Positions 61,801 through 64,000 of a DNA stretch of 64,000 nt are shown here, piece by piece. The translations under genes and the position numbers were made by a program. Each line of letters begins with the position of its first letter. Within the stretch, counting starts at the first letter, position 1. The notes beneath the pieces are model-generated. The model saw only the letters and a program-made list of their open reading frames with translations, was not told the origin of the DNA and did not search any database. Source of the stretch: Amoebophrya sp. A120 (Eukaryota > Protista > Dinoflagellata). Where the stretch lies: NCBI GenBank assembly GCA_905178155.1, contig CAJINV010000009.1:1680906-1744905 (forward strand). Reading direction: 5' to 3'.

Positions 61801-62827
61801 CGCCCCGGTGCTTGTCGTACCCGCGCAGGAGTGCCTTCAGGCCGTGCTTTTCGTTGTAGATTTCCTCATCCTGCTCCGGGGTGCCAAACATCCTTGTGAC
61901 CCCCCGATTGAACATCGAACCCACCCGGGACAGGAACCGACTGCTGTGTCGGTGGGGCGGGAGGTCCACCTTGGGGTCAAAATAGGTGGTACTTCGCTCG
62001 GCCCCGGAGGGCTGCTTGGTGTGGCGGCTGAGCGCCTTCTCCTTCAACAGGGTCAGGGCGGTTTTCGCGTGCTCGACCTGCCGCTCTCGGATGTCGGTGG
62101 AAGGCTCGCGGGACCCTTGTTTGGTGGCGGCGGTGGTGCCCGTAGTTGCAGAAGTAGGGACGTCGCCACTGCCGGACCGGGGCGTGGAGAAGTGCACGTG
62201 GTGCGGATCTCCCCCATGTTCGACGTCTGTCGCGCGCCCGGACATGGGAAAAATGGTGGAGGGAAGCTGCATATCAACTGTAAAAGTGTCTGGGTCTGGA
62301 AGATTCTGACATTTGTCATGCACGTTTTGCATGAGCCATGATGTCTGTGATGCGTACCCTAGCAATACAGATTCTCTGAGGGCTTCTTGATGCCTATTCC
62401 GCATGACAAATGCCTTCTCAGCGTAGCAAAAATTGCATTCCCGTTGGTACTCATGCAATACAGAAGATTTTTTTGGAATCCAAATGCAGCATCACAAGTT
62501 GCATTCTACTTCCAGACCCAGACATTTTTACATTTGATACTGCAGATTCGGGGGGGTGGTGCTGGGGGAGCCTGCAGAGCCAGTGGAGCGGCCCCCGGTG
62601 GTGGAAGTTGTGCCCGTAACACCGCCCCGCGCGCCTTGGCCGGGGGCAAGGCTCGGTATCCGGGGACTTTTATTGCCAGCGGCTGCATTTCCATTTCCGC
62701 CGGGGGACCCGGCACGAGCACCTACAGCGTTTTCCGCTTGCTGCATCAAAACCCTCATCTCGCTCGAGAAGGAGCTCCGCGGATCTTGGCTTTGACTGTT
62801 TTCCGAAGAGACTTCTTCATCTTCCAA
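58867..62827 (-). CDS. cyclic-nucleotide-binding-domain (CNG/HCN/KCNH-like) 6TM ion channel
   Basis: YVINPLS..WN, LDMILHFRTGF, IAAHYLHGWFWVDVAANFPWE, S4 KFLKWLKIPILLRLTKLR, HFLTCGW, C-linker LQQRIKDYFKFRW, CNBD GDAVYRRGDESDGFYVLEFGTV; introner 62272-62539 (PNLQ|LPST) plus GT-AG introns. Confidence 0.9.
62272..62539. mobile_element. introner-like TIR element, family A (diverged), 268 bp
   Basis: tatcaactgtaaaagtgtctgggtctggaag / cttccagacccagacatttttacatttgata; DR ctgca. Confidence 0.94.
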
Positions 62828-63134
62828 AATACCCGCACCATCTTCCCGCTCATCCTCTCTTTCGTAGCTCTTGTCGTCGGCCCAATCGGAGACCTATGCA
62901 CCAGAAATTTCTAGTACTGACTGCTAACATTAGACCCGTGGTACAAAAAACCTTGACAATTGGAAAATAATGCATCAACACAATGACATTAGTGTTGCAG
63001 TTCAAATGGTCGTTTTTGCCTCGCGCGCACGTGGTGTTGACAAGGCCGAGGCTGGTTGAACCAGCCTGGTTTCTGATCTGTGTATATGAATTGTGAGTAA
63101 CAAAAAGGTCGTGGCTGGCGTTTTTCGACATGAT

Positions 63135-63449
63135 CTACTTCATCAAGAGGGTCACTAAGTGCTTTGCAAAGAGGTCGCTGTCGTACATGATGCCCGTCGG
63201 ACGCAGTAATGAATTTTCTGTGGATAGCAGCCGATCCTGAACCAGGCCACCTGCAAGGGGCCCATAGGGGTTTGCAAGACCGAAGGCACTGACCGCGCCG
63301 TACGATCTTCTAGCGTTCTCTTTCTGCGACGCCCGCTGCTCCAGCCGTTCGTGCTCTTCAGCAGAAACATCTCCAATGAGCACATTTTCTCCGGATTGCC
63401 GTCTGAACCCGTCGCGAACATACGCCAACGCCTTTGCCCCTGCTACCAT
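63135..63449 (-). CDS. probable terminal exon or small hypothetical protein
   Basis: 104-aa ORF with protein-like composition; no motif recognised. Confidence 0.45.
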   Translation of the reverse strand: MVAGAKALAYVRDGFRRQSGENVLIGDVSAEEHERLEQRASQKENARRSYGAVSAFGLANPYGPLAGGLVQDRLLSTENSLLRPTGIMYDSDLFAKHLVTLLMK

Positions 63450-63880
63450 TTTTCTGAGACAAAGAACGCCCGTCGGGGCGAAATCGATTCAACTAAGTTC
63501 TCGTCACAGTGTCTGTAGAGCGTGCTTACAATTCGAGTTACATCAAAACAAGAGAGGGCTGACTGGGGGGAGGTAAAGAAAAACGCACTAGCACCGTGAT
63601 TGGGGCAAAACCACTTGTGTAACAAGTGGTGTAGTAGCACCGTGCTTCAGCTATTTCATGCACGCCATTTCAGATGGTTGCGGGAACGCAGCCCCGACGG
63701 TACGCTGGGTTCCCGGGCTGTCGTTTTTGTGCAGCGTCAAAACCTTGCCAGAAACCACAAGCACAACCCTTCCCCCGATGGTACGGGCTCGCTTAAGAGG
63801 TCGAAGCCGGATTTGACCGAGTCGGCCACACCGGAAGAATCACCGAAATCCGCGGATTTGGGTGTTCTCGGCGTTCGCGT

Positions 63881-64000
63881 GTTCGCGCGTGCCCTTTTTG
63901 GCGGCTAATCCGCCTGCTACGGCGCCGCGAACAGAGCGCGAACACAGTGCTCGCGCTCTGTTCGCGCGTACCCTTTTTGGCGGCTAATCCGCCTGCTACG
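63881..64000. repeat. GC-rich 79-bp-period repeat with internal hairpin, truncated by the window edge
   Basis: gttcgcgcgt(g/a)ccctttttggcggctaatccgcctgctacg at 63881 and 63960; hairpin cgcgaacagagcgcga..tcgcgctctgttcgcg at 63926-63966. Confidence 0.8.

Noticed and set aside
14903-62341. Long plus-strand ORFs (e.g. 19466-20470, 36992-37891, 51367-52200, 61313-62341)
   Set aside because: They are antisense shadows of GC-rich minus-strand exons and have no motifs of their own.

Overview
Eukaryotic, intron-containing genomic DNA in which essentially every supportable gene is on the minus strand. The gene architecture (a co-oriented gene block, low-complexity proteins, and non-canonical introns made of inverted-repeat elements) points by inference to a syndinian dinoflagellate such as Amoebophrya. 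The dominant signal is a set of 16 clean miniature TIR elements (151-311 bp, about 6 families) plus a few decayed copies, inserted inside coding sequence. All 16 begin TAT(C/G) and end (G/C)ATA, are flanked by a 5-bp direct repeat, and carry copies of an internal GCAT(G/C)ACA-like motif. Removing an element plus one repeat copy rejoins open frames, although most junctions cannot be GT-AG. These look like transposon-derived 'introner' introns, and three families occur in both orientations. Reconstructed genes: a ~1,670-aa Cys-rich type I membrane protein (6 introners + 1 GT-AG intron), a secreted GMC oxidoreductase-aldo/keto reductase fusion, a P-loop protein, a PP2C phosphatase next to a Ser/Thr kinase, a single-pass membrane protein, long low-complexity protein(s), and an atypical CNBD-type ion channel. 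There is also an intergenic 839-bp MITE, several palindromes and a hairpin tandem repeat at the right edge. The first ~14.5 kb is poorly resolved. No transposase, rRNA, tRNA or CRISPR array was recognised. Coordinates were counted by hand.
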